Shown here piece by piece: positions 26,163 to 39,730 of a stretch of 64,000 nt of DNA; positions within the stretch are counted from its first letter, which is position 1; each line of letters begins with the position of its first letter. The notes under the pieces were generated by a model. The model made no database searches, had not been told where the DNA came from, and worked only from the letters and a program-made list of their open reading frames with translations. This DNA comes from the human T2T-CHM13v2.0 reference genome, Homo sapiens. The DNA is taken from NCBI RefSeq assembly GCF_009914755.1, contig NC_060926.1; one strand, 5' to 3'. The position numbers and the translations under genes were made by a program.

Positions 26163-26388
26163 CAATGAGAACACATGGACACAGGGAGGGGAACAACACA
26201 CACTGGGGCCTGTCGGGGGTCGGGGAAGGAAGGAGAGCATCAGGATAAATAGCTAATGCATGCTGGGCTTAATACCTAGGTGATGGGTTGATAGGTGCAG
26301 CAAACCACTATGGCACACGTTTACCTGTGTAACAAACCTGCACGTCCTGCACAGGTTTCCCAGAACTTAAAATGAAATTTTAAAAAAT
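26163..26388 (+). mobile_element. L1PA (older primate) 3' end, 5'-truncated
   Basis: CAATGAGAACACATGGACACAGGGAGGGGAACAACACACACTGGGGCC...GCAGCAAACCACTATGGCACACGTTTACC...AACTTAAAA with an A-rich tail. Confidence 0.92.
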
Positions 26389-26842
26389 AACGTATTCCTC
26401 AATCTAGTGATGATTGGGGAAATAATTGACCTATCTGATTATGTGGATACTCAAAATAAACCATCCCTATCAAATGACCCCTCAGGCCTGGCTGAGTCTG
26501 TTTGACTCACAGCATTCAAGCTTCTCCCCTCTGATCTCGGGGAGATTTAATATGCTCATGCTAGCAGCCTAATTCAAGCAGACCAGGTGAATTAGGATCT
26601 CAGTGGGTGGGGCCTAGACAGTGACGTCAAAGCTCCCCAGGTGAATCCAGTGAGCAGCCAGTGCTAATAATCATTCATCTACTGTATCCCAATCAGCAAG
26701 GTATTGTGGCTGCCACATCATCATTTTGTGTAGGGAGGCCAGGGTGCTGATGCAGGGATGAAAGTTGCTCTTTTTTCTTGGATTGTCAGGAAAGGCCTGG
26801 CTGCTCAAGTAACATTTGAACACGGACATGAAGGAAGTGAGC

Positions 26843-26881
26843 AAGGGGTGGAGGAAAGGGGTGGAGGAAAGGGGTGGAGGA
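26843..26881. repeat. 13-bp tandem repeat (AAGGGGTGGAGGA)x3 inside an L2 fragment
   Basis: Read directly; flanks resemble reverse L2. Confidence 0.85.
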
Positions 26882-28899
26882 GGAGGGAAGAGGATTCCAG
26901 GCAGCGTTACACCCACCCCACAACAGAAGGCTAGTTTCTGAAGGTGTGTGGGTGGGAGACAGGGGAGGCATAATGGTATTTATCTTGCTACCATCACACT
27001 GGTTCAGATAGAATCAGACAGGCGCCTTGAATGCCTCATCAATGTGGAAAAAATCTGATGGTTAGAAATAACCCTTCGGTTAAAAATAACCTGAATCCTA
27101 TGGTAATTATTAAATAATATGAAAGCACAACTACAGTTCCGTTTAGTTTAAACAGAGTGAGGTTTCACAGAATCTAGCATCATAGGTGCATTTAAAAAGA
27201 CAAGGAAAGAAAATACGTGAGTGTACAAAAAACAGGGTTGCTAGTAGGGAAAGAATAACGTACTCGCTTATTTGTTTGGCTTTGATCTGCGTATGGTAGA
27301 AGCCTGGGGAAGGAGCCCATGGGCAGGTCACGGTTATGCTTTTGAAGGTGACCAGTGGTACTGACATGACCCAAGTGTGACTGCTTCATCGTCCTGGGCC
27401 TAATTAGGTAAGCAAGGGGTTCACAGTGCAGATTATTTCATTTATTAGGTTCGAATGAAACCTGTGGGAATTGGTAAGATGTGATCTTAAATTAACATAC
27501 TTCCTGCAGCACCTGCGATGTGGTATTATCAGAATTAATTAAACAGTCTGAAATCGCAGGCGCGGTGTCAGGCTGGGATAACCAGATGCCTGAGAGCCTG
27601 CATGTCTGGGCTGGGTCTCCAAACGCTTGAGCAGTGTCTTTCTCTCCCTCTCCCCACATCCTGACGGGTCTCGCTGTGGAGCCTTTGAAGCTTCTGTAGA
27701 CGTGGTGGGGGATTCTATGGGGATGCATATAAACAAGTAAACCAGTGTTGCTCAAATTTTAATACTTTTCTCGGTATTGCCCGGGATGCCAATGATTTTC
27801 TGAAGGGGTAGATGGAAAGCCTCAGAGAGCTGGCTTTGTTTTTCTCTCCTCTGAGGCTTCGATCAGTTTTATTTGGTGGAACAATAGGAATCCATCTTTT
27901 AAAGTCTCTTTCTCCCCCATCTGCTTGCAAAAGGCGCTGTTACCCAGATGAAATGCATGTGTAGAAGCATACAGTAAAATGCTGTGTCTCTGTGTGTGTG
28001 TGTATGAGCTTGTGTGCTGTTCTTTTCTGGTGGTTGTGCCAATTAGTAACATGTAGATTTCAATAGACCAACAGAATTTGTCACTAGAGTTCTTTTGATC
28101 TGTAAGCCAGTTTCCATGGAACATGGACAGTGGCCCAGTTGTGGCCTGGCTTAGTGGCTAAAATGCAACTTACATTGTGTGTAGGCATTTGCCATGAAAA
28201 AAGTCCCCTCTATACTTAATTAATGAATCCGATGCATTTCAGCAGCAAGGAAAGGGCTGGGTCAAGGATCAAATGCCTTCAGACAATAGTGTGCAGAGAG
28301 GGGCTGGTTTAGAGGCCCCAGTGCGGTTAGTTTTCTCAAGGCATCCAGGAGCAGAGGGAAGTCTGTTGCACCCAGTCAGTTGTAGAAGCATCATAGGCAG
28401 AAGGGTGAGGTCTAGAAGGCAACTAAAATAACGATGACTCATACCATATTGACATATTCACCTGTACCTTCATTGAAAAGTTGCTAATTTTTCAAGACCC
28501 AAAATTTTAAACAGTCTCTCTCCAGGTAAGTTCACTTGTTTCCCCTTCTCTGCCCTTGAACACAATCCACACTGCTACAACAGCTGTCTTCTCTTTGCAT
28601 TGCGATTAGTTTCCTCTTCATTGGATTATAATCTCCTTGGACACAGTGTCTTATTCAAGTTTGTAATTCTAGCATTGAATCTGGGACAGTCTTTTGAACA
28701 TGTGCTTACTGATGGTTAAGTTGTGTTTTTCAAAAAGAAAGTAGTTGAAGGAGGGATGAGAGGGCAGGAATGAAAAAGGCAACTTATACAAGGTTACTAC
28801 CTAGCCAGGAGTGGGACAGAGAGGCACACCAAGGTCATTAGGCTCTTTTCACTCCATCACATTGCCAAGAAATAATTAGAACCTTAGCATACTGAAAAC

Positions 28900-29630
28900 T
28901 TTTTATTTATTTATTTTTTTTAGACAAGATCTTGCTGTGTCACTTGACCACGGCTTGTAATGGTTAATATTGGGTGTCAACTTGACTGGATTGAAGGATA
29001 CAAAGTGTTGTTCCTGGGTGTGTCTATGAGGGTGTTGCCAAAGGAGATTAACATTTGAGTCAGTGGACTGGGAAAGGCAGATCCACCTTCAATCTTGGTG
29101 GGCGCCATCTAATCAGCTGCCAGCATGGCCAGAATAAAAGCAGGCAGAAGAACGTGGAAAGACTAGACTGGCTAAGCCTCCTGGTCTGCATCTTTCTCCC
29201 ATGCTGGATGCTTCCTGCCCTTGAACATGGGACTCCAAGTTCTACTCTTGGTCCTTCAACTACAGACTGAAGGCTGCACTGTAGGCTTCCCTACTTTTGA
29301 GATTTTGGGACTCTGACCGGCTTCTGTGCCCCTCAGCTTGCAGATGGCCTATTGTGGGACCTCACCTTGTGATCATGTGAGTCAACACTCCTTAATAAAC
29401 TCCCCTTTATATATACATCTATCCTATTAGTTCTGTCACACTAGAGATCCCTGGCTAATACACAGCTTCTTGCAACTTTGAACTCCTGGGCTTAAGTGAT
29501 CCTCCCACCTCAGCCTCTCCAGTAGCTGCCATGCCCAGCTGATTTTGAATTTTTTGTAGAGATAGTGTCTATGTTGCCCAGGCTGGTCTCATACAACTAC
29601 CTCAAGTGATCCTCTGGCCCTGGTCTCCTA
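28900..29630 (-). mobile_element. Degenerate AluJ split by an MLT2A LTR
   Basis: Tail and start at 28900-28955 (TTTTAGACAAGATCTTGCTGTGTCAC), remainder 29463-29630. AAAACTTTT on both flanks. Confidence 0.8.
28956..29462 (+). mobile_element. MLT2A (MLT2A2-like) ERVL solo LTR
   Basis: TGTAATGGTTAATATTGGGTGTCAACTTGACTGGATTGAAGG...CCTATTAGTTCTGTC...CTAATACA. TSD CGGCT/CAGCT. Confidence 0.92.
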
Positions 29631-32600
29631 TAAAAACTTTTATGGGAGTGCTATCTTCCTATTCAGTTGGCTCGTACACTTTACAAGTCACTTTACTTGT
29701 GAAAGATTGAGCAAAAAATGATTTTGCTTACATTAATGATGAAAAAGGCATTGATTTTTTTTCTATGTAGTTTTGTCTGCTGAAGGAAATGGAGATTATA
29801 CATTTGCCTATTGTATTTTCTTTTTTATGTTGTTCTTCATAGAGCCACTCATCAGAGACCCCATACACTTAGCTAGTATCTCTAGGCAAGGCCTTATGCC
29901 TTATATAATTCCTCCTTTTCCCTTTCCTTCAAAATGGATGAGTCCTGGGTGCCCGTCTCTGAGCACCCTGCCCTCTGCTGGTGAACCTTCCATGCCTTCT
30001 TGTTCCACAGATGCATGTTTATGTTCTCAGGCTGCTCTCTTGAGTGTTATGGGGTTGGATGGGGGACCTCAGGCTCCAGAACTCTTTTGGAACTTTCTGA
30101 GTACAATTTTTAGGTCCAGTAATTACTAGCAGAGACTCTGAGCTGTCAGTGGTTAGAGTCCAATCATTTTGACAGAAGAAATTGTAAGTCAGAGTCGTTC
30201 TGTGAGATTATAATAGAATTGTAGAGCTAGAAGGTAGCTTAGAAATGGTCCAATCTTTTCTTTCATGGTTATAGAAATTGACGCTATAGAAAGTTACACA
30301 ACACGGGACAGAGACAGGTCTAGAATCGGGCTTTCTGATTGCTAGCTCATTACTTTCTCTACTACATGCACCAAAGGCAAGTTTTCACTCCTTTGTTGCT
30401 ATTTTCTGTCTTAGTTCCTGATGGGGTCCCTTAACTCCTCACTTCTTTGGGAAAGAAATTCACCCCCCAATTAAAAAAAAGACAACATATAAAAGTAAAT
30501 ATTCATTTTATAAATATGCATATCAATTAAATATACATTTATTTTAAATACATGTGTTAATTATGTTACATCAGATCACAATTAACAGCAAGTGATGATT
30601 TGCATATAATCAAGCTTGTATATTAATCAGTTGTCAATCTCAAATGCCATTTTTCTTCATAGAGCACCTTCCATGGAGGCATATCAGGGCCAGGGATTTG
30701 AAGCAAGTGATCCCCCTACATATTTGAGAGTGTGCTGCTCTGTAGCTCTGTGCTACTTATCTTCTGTCTTTGGCCCCCTGGAATCCCATTTTTAGTCCTT
30801 CAGTTAGGTCTGGTTGTTCTCAGCCTTCCCTCCTAGAATCTTTTTGAAGGAGGAGAGAAGTTTCTGTTTGTCTGGTTGCTCTTGCTCTGTTCTAAAGGAT
30901 TTTCTAGACCATGGAGGCTGTTTACTAGGTTACAGGTGTCCCACTGAGAGGGACAGGAAAGAAGAGAACTAGTAAGTGTTTCAACTGGAAAGAAACTTAT
31001 AAATACTAACACAAATCCTTCACTTAGTAGATAAGTAAGCTAAGGCCCACAGATGTTAAGTATCTTCCATAGGAAGTCTAACCAAAGTCTTTTGAATCTC
31101 TAACCTCTTCCTGAAGTCATCAGCATCCATTTTGCTCCTGCAGACCTCCGCCTCCCTTACTTGCCTGTAGCACTTATTAAGATGCAACTTACGTGGCATG
31201 CTTGTCACGTGTAACTTGCTCCTCTCAAGAGATGGTTTTCTAACTCTTCTGTAACCACCAAAGTATACAGTAAGTGCACCTGGTATGCAGTAAGTGCTCA
31301 ATACATATAGCCATAAAGAGTTTGTTGATTGGAAGGGTGTGAATTCATTTGGGAAATAAATGGAAATGTCTCTTCTTTATGGATATCATGGTTTAAAGCA
31401 CCTAAGTGCATTTTTCTTTCAGAAAACCAGTGAATCGTTTCTTGGGAGGGCAGAGGGGACAAAGAGTGGACCTGTCGCTTTATCACTAGGCTCTCCTCTT
31501 TCCTTATGCTGGGCCTGGTTCCAAAAGTAATTAATCAACAAGGACAACTTCTTTGTCCCCCTTGCCCTTTGGTCTGCGGTATGAAAAATGTTATTTCAGC
31601 TAGAGGAATTGTGATCACTTAGCATTTCCTCTACATTTGGTCCCTGATCTCATTGTAAGACAGCAGGAAAAGGTTTTTCATTTGATTTCTTGACTAATTA
31701 CAGTTAGACATTTCCCACTTTTACATTATTCTAGTGAAAATATTCCACTTCAGCATGCCCATCTCTGCTCTCAGACGAAACATTTTTCCTTAAGAAGCAT
31801 TCATTTAAAAAAATAGTTTATAAGGAAGAACCAACATGTTATAAAACAACGGAGAAGATGGTGATATTAATCCTTTAGAGCAACACTGCATATACCTGGG
31901 GTGTCACTACCTTTTGCCATATGAAAAATCCACAGGAGAAACGTGTGGCCCTTTGAATATTTATGGCCTATTTACCATTTGCAGGGTAATAAACTAGGCA
32001 ATGTGATAGATTAGACATAGTTTTTGTCCCTAAGAGTTTGTAGTATACTAGAAAAACTGAAACATGGTGCCTGAAGGCATTTCTGTCTTTTTAGGAAAAT
32101 GATTTGTATTCATTTATATATTCAGCACACTTTTATTTGGCACCTATTATGAAAGATACAGTACTGGAATTAGCCAGCTAGGGGCCCTGCCCTTGTGATG
32201 TATACTTTGTGGTAAGTTGTAAACGTGAGGGTGGGTCCACAGGCCAAGACTTCAGAGGAAGTCTATGCTTTGACCTACCTTCATAACAATTATGTGTATA
32301 CACATAATAACTGTATATAAACTATAAAGGACAAAACCGAAAAGACATAGCGAATCCCAGAAACAAGACAAGTAATAGAGCAGCTACCTAAGGTGGTGAG
32401 CAGAGCTAAATGAAACCCAGGCCTGGTTAGCCCCAGGTTGAGGAGCAAATAGTGTTGGCTGAGAATTAGGCTCCAACCGGGACTAAAAACACTTACTGGG
32501 AGGAAGGGAGGTTGGATCTAGGCTTACTGCTTGAAACCAAAGGCAAGGCTGTGGGTCTCTCTACTCCAACACCTAGTTGTAAAAGAAGAATAGAAAAAAA

Positions 32601-33315
32601 CATACCACTTGCTGCTGTTAGGGCTATAGCTTAAAAGGATCTGCAAACTTAGGGAAGATTGGGGTCTAAGACAGAGCCTTGTGATCCTGAACCAAATCAA
32701 GCTGCTCTTTGGGTGATTTGGGGGTATCTGTCATCATCAAGGGGCAATGACCTCAAACTGCTTTGATCAAACCAGGTTCTGGACAGTGGCTATAGGAGGC
32801 CAGATGCAGGAAAACACAGAGATGGGTAAAGTCAGAGAAGGGGCGTGAAGACAAAGCAATCACAAAAATTCTCTCACTTAAATAAGCCTCAAAAGCTAAA
32901 TTTCAAACCATATGAAGAAACTAAAGGCTAAGGAAGATAGCCAACAAAACCAACAATCAGAAAATTAACTAATTCAAATAAAATTAACTTTTTATTATAG
33001 CTGGTACTGTTTATATAAGTATTTTGGGAAGGCTTACACGTTAATTAGGGGGAAAATAATAGCCATCAAAATTTAAGATATTTTACAAGAAGAATAGGCA
33101 GAAACAAAACCATTTGAATATGAAAAAGAATCAGTTCCAAAATTAGAAATAAATCTTAAAAGTAAAAATATTATCATCAGAATAAGACACTCACTAGTTG
33201 AGATAAACTCTAGATAAAACAGGTGATGGAATGCTTAGTGTATTGAAAGTCAACACAGAGCTGGTCACCTAGAATGTAGCAAAGAGAAATAAAAAGTTAG
33301 TATTAAAATAAAGCA

Positions 33316-34244
33316 AAAATGGCAAACAGGCATATGGAAAGATGCTCAACATCATTAATTATCAGAGAAATGCAAATCAAAATACAATGAGATATTGTCT
33401 CACCCCAGTTACAATGGCTTATATCCAAAAGACAGGCAATAACAAATGCTGGCAAGGATGTGGAGAAAAGGGAGCCCTCATACAATGTTGGTGAGAATGT
33501 AAATTAGTACAACCACTATGGTGAACAGTTTGGAGGTTCCTCAAAAAACTAAAAATAGGTATGATCCAGCAATCTCAATGTTGGGTAGATACCCCAAAGA
33601 AAGGAAATCACTATATGGAAGAGATAGCTGCACTGCCATGTTTGTTGCAGCACTGTTCACAATAGGTAAGATTTGGAAGCAACCTAAGTGTTCATCGACA
33701 GATGAATGGATAAAGAAAATGTGGTACATATACACAATGGAATACTATTCAGCCATAAAAAAGAATGAGGTCCTGTCATTTGCAACAACATGGATGGAAA
33801 TGAAGATCATTATGTTAAGTGAAATAACCCAGGCACAGAAAGACAAACACTGTATGTTCTTATTTGCGGGATCTAAAAATCAAAACAATCAAACTCATGG
33901 AGATAGAGAGTTGAAGGATGGTTACCAGAGGATGGGAAGGGTAGCAGAGGTCTGCGGGGAGGAAGTGGGGATGGCTAATGAGTACAAAAATTACTTAGAA
34001 TGAATGAATAAGACCTATCACTTGATAGCACAACAGGGTGATTAATAACTTAATTGTACATTTAAAAGTAACTGAAAGAGTATAATTGATTGTTTGTAAC
34101 ACGATGGATAAGTGCTTGAGGAGATAGATACCCCATTCTCTATGGTGTGCTTATTTCACATTGCATACCTGTGTCAAAACAGCTCATGTACTCCATAAAT
34201 ATATACACCTACTATATACCCACAAAAATTAAAAATAAAAAATT
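33316..34244 (+). mobile_element. L1MA (L1MA1-3-like) 3' fragment inserted into the older L1
   Basis: ORF2 C-terminal remnant ([44 protein letters not shown]), L1MA 3' UTR and A tail. TSD AAATAAAGCA at 33306-33315 and 34245-34254. Confidence 0.92.
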
Positions 34245-35736
34245 AAATAAAGCAGTGAAGAGACAGCCATGAAAAATGGCTGGAGATGTATTAGTTAATA
34301 CATCTAATAAGACTTCCCAAAGAAGAGAATGGAAGGAATAGCGGAGAAGCAACATTTGAATAGATAATAGCTGATAATTTCCAGTATTGAAAAAAGACAA
34401 AAATTCTCAGATCAAAATATACTCTGAGAATGAAACTATATAAATAAATATAAACCCACATCTAGACACATCCTGTTCAATCTGCAGAACATTAAGGATT
34501 TAAAGAAGGTTTTAGAACTGAAAACATTATTAAATTTAATGGAAGTATAATCAAGCTAAAGGAACATTTCTCAACAGAAAAATTAGGTGCCGGAATACAC
34601 ATTATATCCAAAGTGCTTGGTGAAAATATCTGTCCTTCTATAATTTTATATACAGCTAAAATATCACTCAAAGTGAAAACAAAACAAAACATTTTCAGAT
34701 ATACAAAGGCTCAGGAAATTTGATACATGGAGACCTACTCAAGGTTGTACTTTAGTATAGTCAAAAGCAAACAAAAACTGAACCAGAGGAAAGACATAGC
34801 TTGGAAGACACAGTAATTGTGTTAGACATAGGATGAAAGAAACATTGATATAATATACTGGTAAATTTACTTATCTGTTGGTTAAAATACTCATTTTATG
34901 CACATGTGTTTAAAACAAGTCAAAGTAGAATAACAGACAGTAATTAAATATGAGGGTGTTTCAATGGGTAGTTCAGCAAGCTAAGGTCCGTGTGTTTGCG
35001 AAGCAGTTAAAAATTGGTTAGAAAGTAATAGATGAGCTTGGAATAAAAACCAACTGAAACAAAACCAATATCCAGATGTTAGAAACCCAAAGTAAAAGCC
35101 AAACAGAAATGTTGAAAACAGAGAGATGGGAAAAAGTATATATTAAGCAAATACTAACTAAAAGAAATCTTATATAGCAATATTAATAACAGACAATGTA
35201 GAATTTCAGGATACATTAATAAGTGTAATCATGGACACTGAATAATAATAGAAGAAACAATCTACCAAGAAGTCATGATCATCATAAATCCGTATTGCCT
35301 AACAATATAGTCTCAAAATATATGAAGCAAAGTCTTTTTTAAAGAACATCAAAGAACTCTTTTATTTTTAAAGAGTCAACCTAAAGAAAGTAGAGTAAAT
35401 AATATAATAAGGATAAGAGCATAAGTTGATAAAATTGGAAATAAGATCATCAGCAAAATAAAATTATTTGGAGGGTGAACCCAAGCTCAATGGTACCTAT
35501 AACCTTCTTTGAAGACACCTCTAAAAAAAGAAAGATTAAAAAGTATAAATACATAGTAAAAAGAATTGTTACTACAGATAGAGTAGAAGTTTAAATAAGA
35601 GAATACTGTGAATAACTTTATGGTAGTGAATTACAGACTTAGACAAACAATTTTCTAGAAAAATGTAAATAATATTTTATTTAAAAAGTGATAATAAGCC
35701 CCAATAAACCAATAACCATTATGAGTATCTCTTCTT

Positions 35737-36288
35737 CTTTTTTAAAAACAAAGATGCATTTTATTGCTTTTCTGAGCAACTGGGAACTTTCTCATAGAGA
35801 GACATCACTGTGTAGTGATGTACCACTTTGTGAATAAAATGAGACCTGCAGGTAAAAGAAGGTAACTTTTATGCACATTGGACTAAATGTAGCTGGGATT
35901 AATAGCCCAGATAAAGCAAAACCAAAAGGGAACAATGCAGTTTGATAAAAAATTGCTGGGCATATGTCTCAGGAATACTGTGTAGCATTTTGACTCCCGT
36001 CTTCTTTAGAGATAAGATGTCCACTTTTATAAGAAATACCTGGATTTTTCTCCACTCCACCAAACACATTTTGTTAATATGAGTTGAATTTTGAGGCAAT
36101 GGGTTTGGGTCTTAATGAGATCAAGAATACATCACGGGGTTAAGAAAGCATAGCAAACTGCCTGTTGTTACTAAAATATTTATATAGATGTCATGTGTCC
36201 ACTCTAAAATATTATAAGGAAATTTTCTATTCCTCTCCCCTTTTACCCATTTCCTCTTTTGGCTCCTTCCTTCTCCTCTCCTAGATTT
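35737..36288 (-). pseudogene. Putative 5'-truncated retrocopy (3'-UTR-only processed pseudogene) or orphan L1 transduction
   Basis: Perfect 15-bp TSD TGAGTATCTCTTCTT (35722-35736, 36289-36303). Minus-strand AATAAA at 35760-35765, 16 nt before a short A tail (35738-35743). Host L1 ORF2 resumes on either side. Confidence 0.72.
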
Positions 36289-38229
36289 TGAGTATCTCTT
36301 CTTAATAAGTACAAGGCGTAAACAGTTCCAGAGGTGGATATTTACATGCACTTAAGGACTGGATAATCTTTACCTTACACATAGATTTCAGAGGATAATA
36401 AATGAAGGAATGCTGTTGAATGCATTTGGAGCTCATTGTTAGCAGCAATGGACAAGGGCATAACAAGGGAAATAATTGTGGAATTTTAGAGCATTTTAGA
36501 ATAGGAATATAGAAGCATTTCTCCAAATGGAACTTAAGAGTCTTTAAAAAATGATGATTATGATTAGGTAAGGTTTATATTTGATATGAAAATGAGTTAA
36601 TCATCAGAATATTAATGTAATATATTCTAAGACAAAAGGATAAAGGCATTTAATCTGCTCCATGGATACAGAAAAATTATTCAGTTAATTCAATGCTCAT
36701 TTATGGTAAGAATTCTAAGATAATTAGCAAAAGAGGGATCCTCCTTAACCTCATAAAGACTATGTTTATAAAACTCACAGCACACCTAATATATAATGGA
36801 AAAACTTTAGAAGTAGCTTTATCAACAACGTTAACAAGAAGTCAATGATATCCACTCTCTTGCTTCTATCAACATTGTACTTAAGTCATAGCCAATGCAA
36901 TAAAGCAAGAAAATTTAAAAAAGATAAAAGAACTGTAAAGGAAGAAATAAAACTAGCTTGTTTCCAGGCAACATGACCGCCTACATCAAAAACTCAAGAA
37001 ATATGCAGACAATTTTCAGAAATAATACTAGAGTTAAGCAAAGTTGTTGAATCACAGATCGATACACAAAATCAGTAGAATGGAATTTCAGAAGTACACA
37101 CACGTATGTACAGATATACATGTATACATACATATATAATGTTATATATGTATTAAATTAATAAGTACTTATTCATGATATGTGCTTTCTATTTATAATA
37201 TGTGCTTTTCCTAAATTCCATTCTTTCCTTATCTTAGAGCTAAGATATTATGGCTTCATTTAAAGGCAATGCAGAAGAAATGTAAGTGCTATAAAACTAA
37301 ACAAGTACTATGATAGACAGTTCTGGAGTGAAGATCAAAAGTCAAACTATTAGAAGAGGCCATTGCAGAGATCATTACACAGTAGTTTTGTGATCACTAA
37401 TCACAAAATATAATAGGAAAAAGCTCCCAGTTACAAAAGCAGCATGAATGAGTTAGGAACGTATATAACAACAAAAAAAGACTTCTATGAAGAATTTTAC
37501 TAAACATTATTTAAGGACATAAGAGACCTGAATAAATGTAGAATTATACCATGTTCCTGAATGAGAAGGTTAAGTACCATAGAGATAGTACTTTACTCCA
37601 AGTTAATCTATAAATTCAATGCTAGTACAATAAAAATTTCGTCTGGATTTTGTATGGAACTTGACAATCTGATTTCAAAATTTATAAGGAATAGTGAATT
37701 GGCAAAGACAACTGGCAAAGAAAATTTAAAAAGAATAAAGTGGGAAGTCATGGCCTATTGGATGTCAAGAACAAATAGATCAGTGGAATAGAATGAGGAA
37801 CTCAGAACAGATTCACATGTATAGTTACTTGATGTTTAATAGACATGGTATTTTAAATCACTGGGGAAAGATACTCAGATAATGATGCAAAGGCAAGTGG
37901 TCATCCATATTGTAAAAAGTAAAATTAAATCTCTATATCATATATTTAAAAATGTGAAAGACGAATCTGCAAATATTTTAAAAGAAAATACTTGACAATA
38001 TATTTTTGGCTTTGAGGTTTGGAAGTGTCACTTATACTGGACAGAAAGCACATATCATAAATAAGTACTTACTAATTTAATACATGTATAACATTATGTG
38101 TGTATACATGTAAATATTTACGTGTGTGTATTCTTTTAAATAAGGACATATACAATGAATATATTGATAAGGTAAGTTGCAGACTGGAAGAATATATTTG
38201 CAATGCATAAGCTTTGAAGAATTTGCATC

Positions 38230-38500
38230 CTTTGAAACAGATGCAGAAAACTATGATACTCTGGATCTGGATTCCTGGGTCTGAATCTTGGCTCTATCAC
38301 TTATTAACAGTGTGTGACCTTAGGCATGTTATTTAACCTCTCTTAACCTCAATTTATTTTCACTTTAAAAAATGTGGATAACAACCTTGACTGTGTTGTA
38401 GGGTTGTTTTGAGGATTAAATCAGTTAATGTGCATGAAACTGGAGGGTAGTGTCTTGCATTTAGTGAACACCTCCAAAATCTTAGCCATTATTAATAATA
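38230..38500 (+). mobile_element. MIR SINE inserted into the old L1
   Basis: CCTGGGTCTGAATCTTGGCTCTATCACTTA...GTGTGACCTTAGGCATGTTATTTAACCTCTC...GGGTTGTTTTGAGGATTAAAT. Confidence 0.85.
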
Positions 38501-38531
38501 TTATCCAGAATATATAAAAATTACTTAAATT

Positions 38532-38833
<302 letters not shown>

Positions 38834-39418
38834 TTAAATTAATAAGACTAACAGTCCAATAGAAAAGGAGTAATAGGTATGAATTAATAATAGAGGAATT
38901 TGATATGGCTAATAAACATATAAAAGATGCCCAATGTCCCTGGTAATTACACAAATGCAAACTAAAACAATGGTAAAGTGTAAATTTATACCCATGAGGT
39001 GAAAAAATCTAGAAGTGTGACCTTGCAAAGGTGTGGGACCACGTGAACTCTCACACACTATTGGTCTGAGTGTAAATTTTCAAAATGGGTGCCACTAATT
39101 AAGAGAGTAATTTGGTGATGTCTAGTAAATCTGAAAATACACATACCTTACAACTCAGAGCTTCCATTGCTGAGAATGTACTATAGAGAATTTCTTGTAA
39201 ATATACATAAGGATATGTGTAAGAATACTTACTGAAGTTTTGTGTGTAACAGCGAAGAACTCGAAGCAACTTAAATGCCCATCAAGAGGGGACTAGATAA
39301 ATAAATTGTGTATTCATGAAATAAAACACAGAATTCTTCACTAAAATGAAGTAGTGCTACATTTGTCTCATGAATAAATCTCAAAACTTTAAGATAGATT
39401 TTTTAAAAAAGTAAATTA

Positions 39419-39730
39419 AGCTGGGCTTGGTGGCTCATTCCTGTAATCCCAGCACTTTGGGTGAGCAAGGTGAGAAGATCACTTGAGTCCAGGAGTCTGA
39501 GACCAGTCTGAGCAACAGTGAGACCTCATTTCTACAGAAAATAAAAAAACTTACCTGGGCATGGTGGCGTCCATTTGTAGTTCCAGTTACTAGGGAAGTT
39601 GAGGTGGGAGGATCGCTTGAGGCCAGGAGGTTGAGGCTGAAGTGAACCATGATCACACCCATGCACTCCAGCCAGGGAAAGAGAGTGAGACCCTGTCTCT
39701 GAAAACAAACAAACAAACAAACAAACAAAA
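39419..39730 (+). mobile_element. Alu SINE, AluJ-like
   Basis: Diverged dimer with GGATCGCTTGAGGCCAGGAGGTTGAGGCTG and (AAAC)n tail. Confidence 0.93.

Noticed and set aside
33518-34003. 161-aa ORF, the longest in the window
   Set aside because: It is the L1 ORF2 C-terminal remnant running into the 3' UTR of a truncated L1MA, not a host gene.
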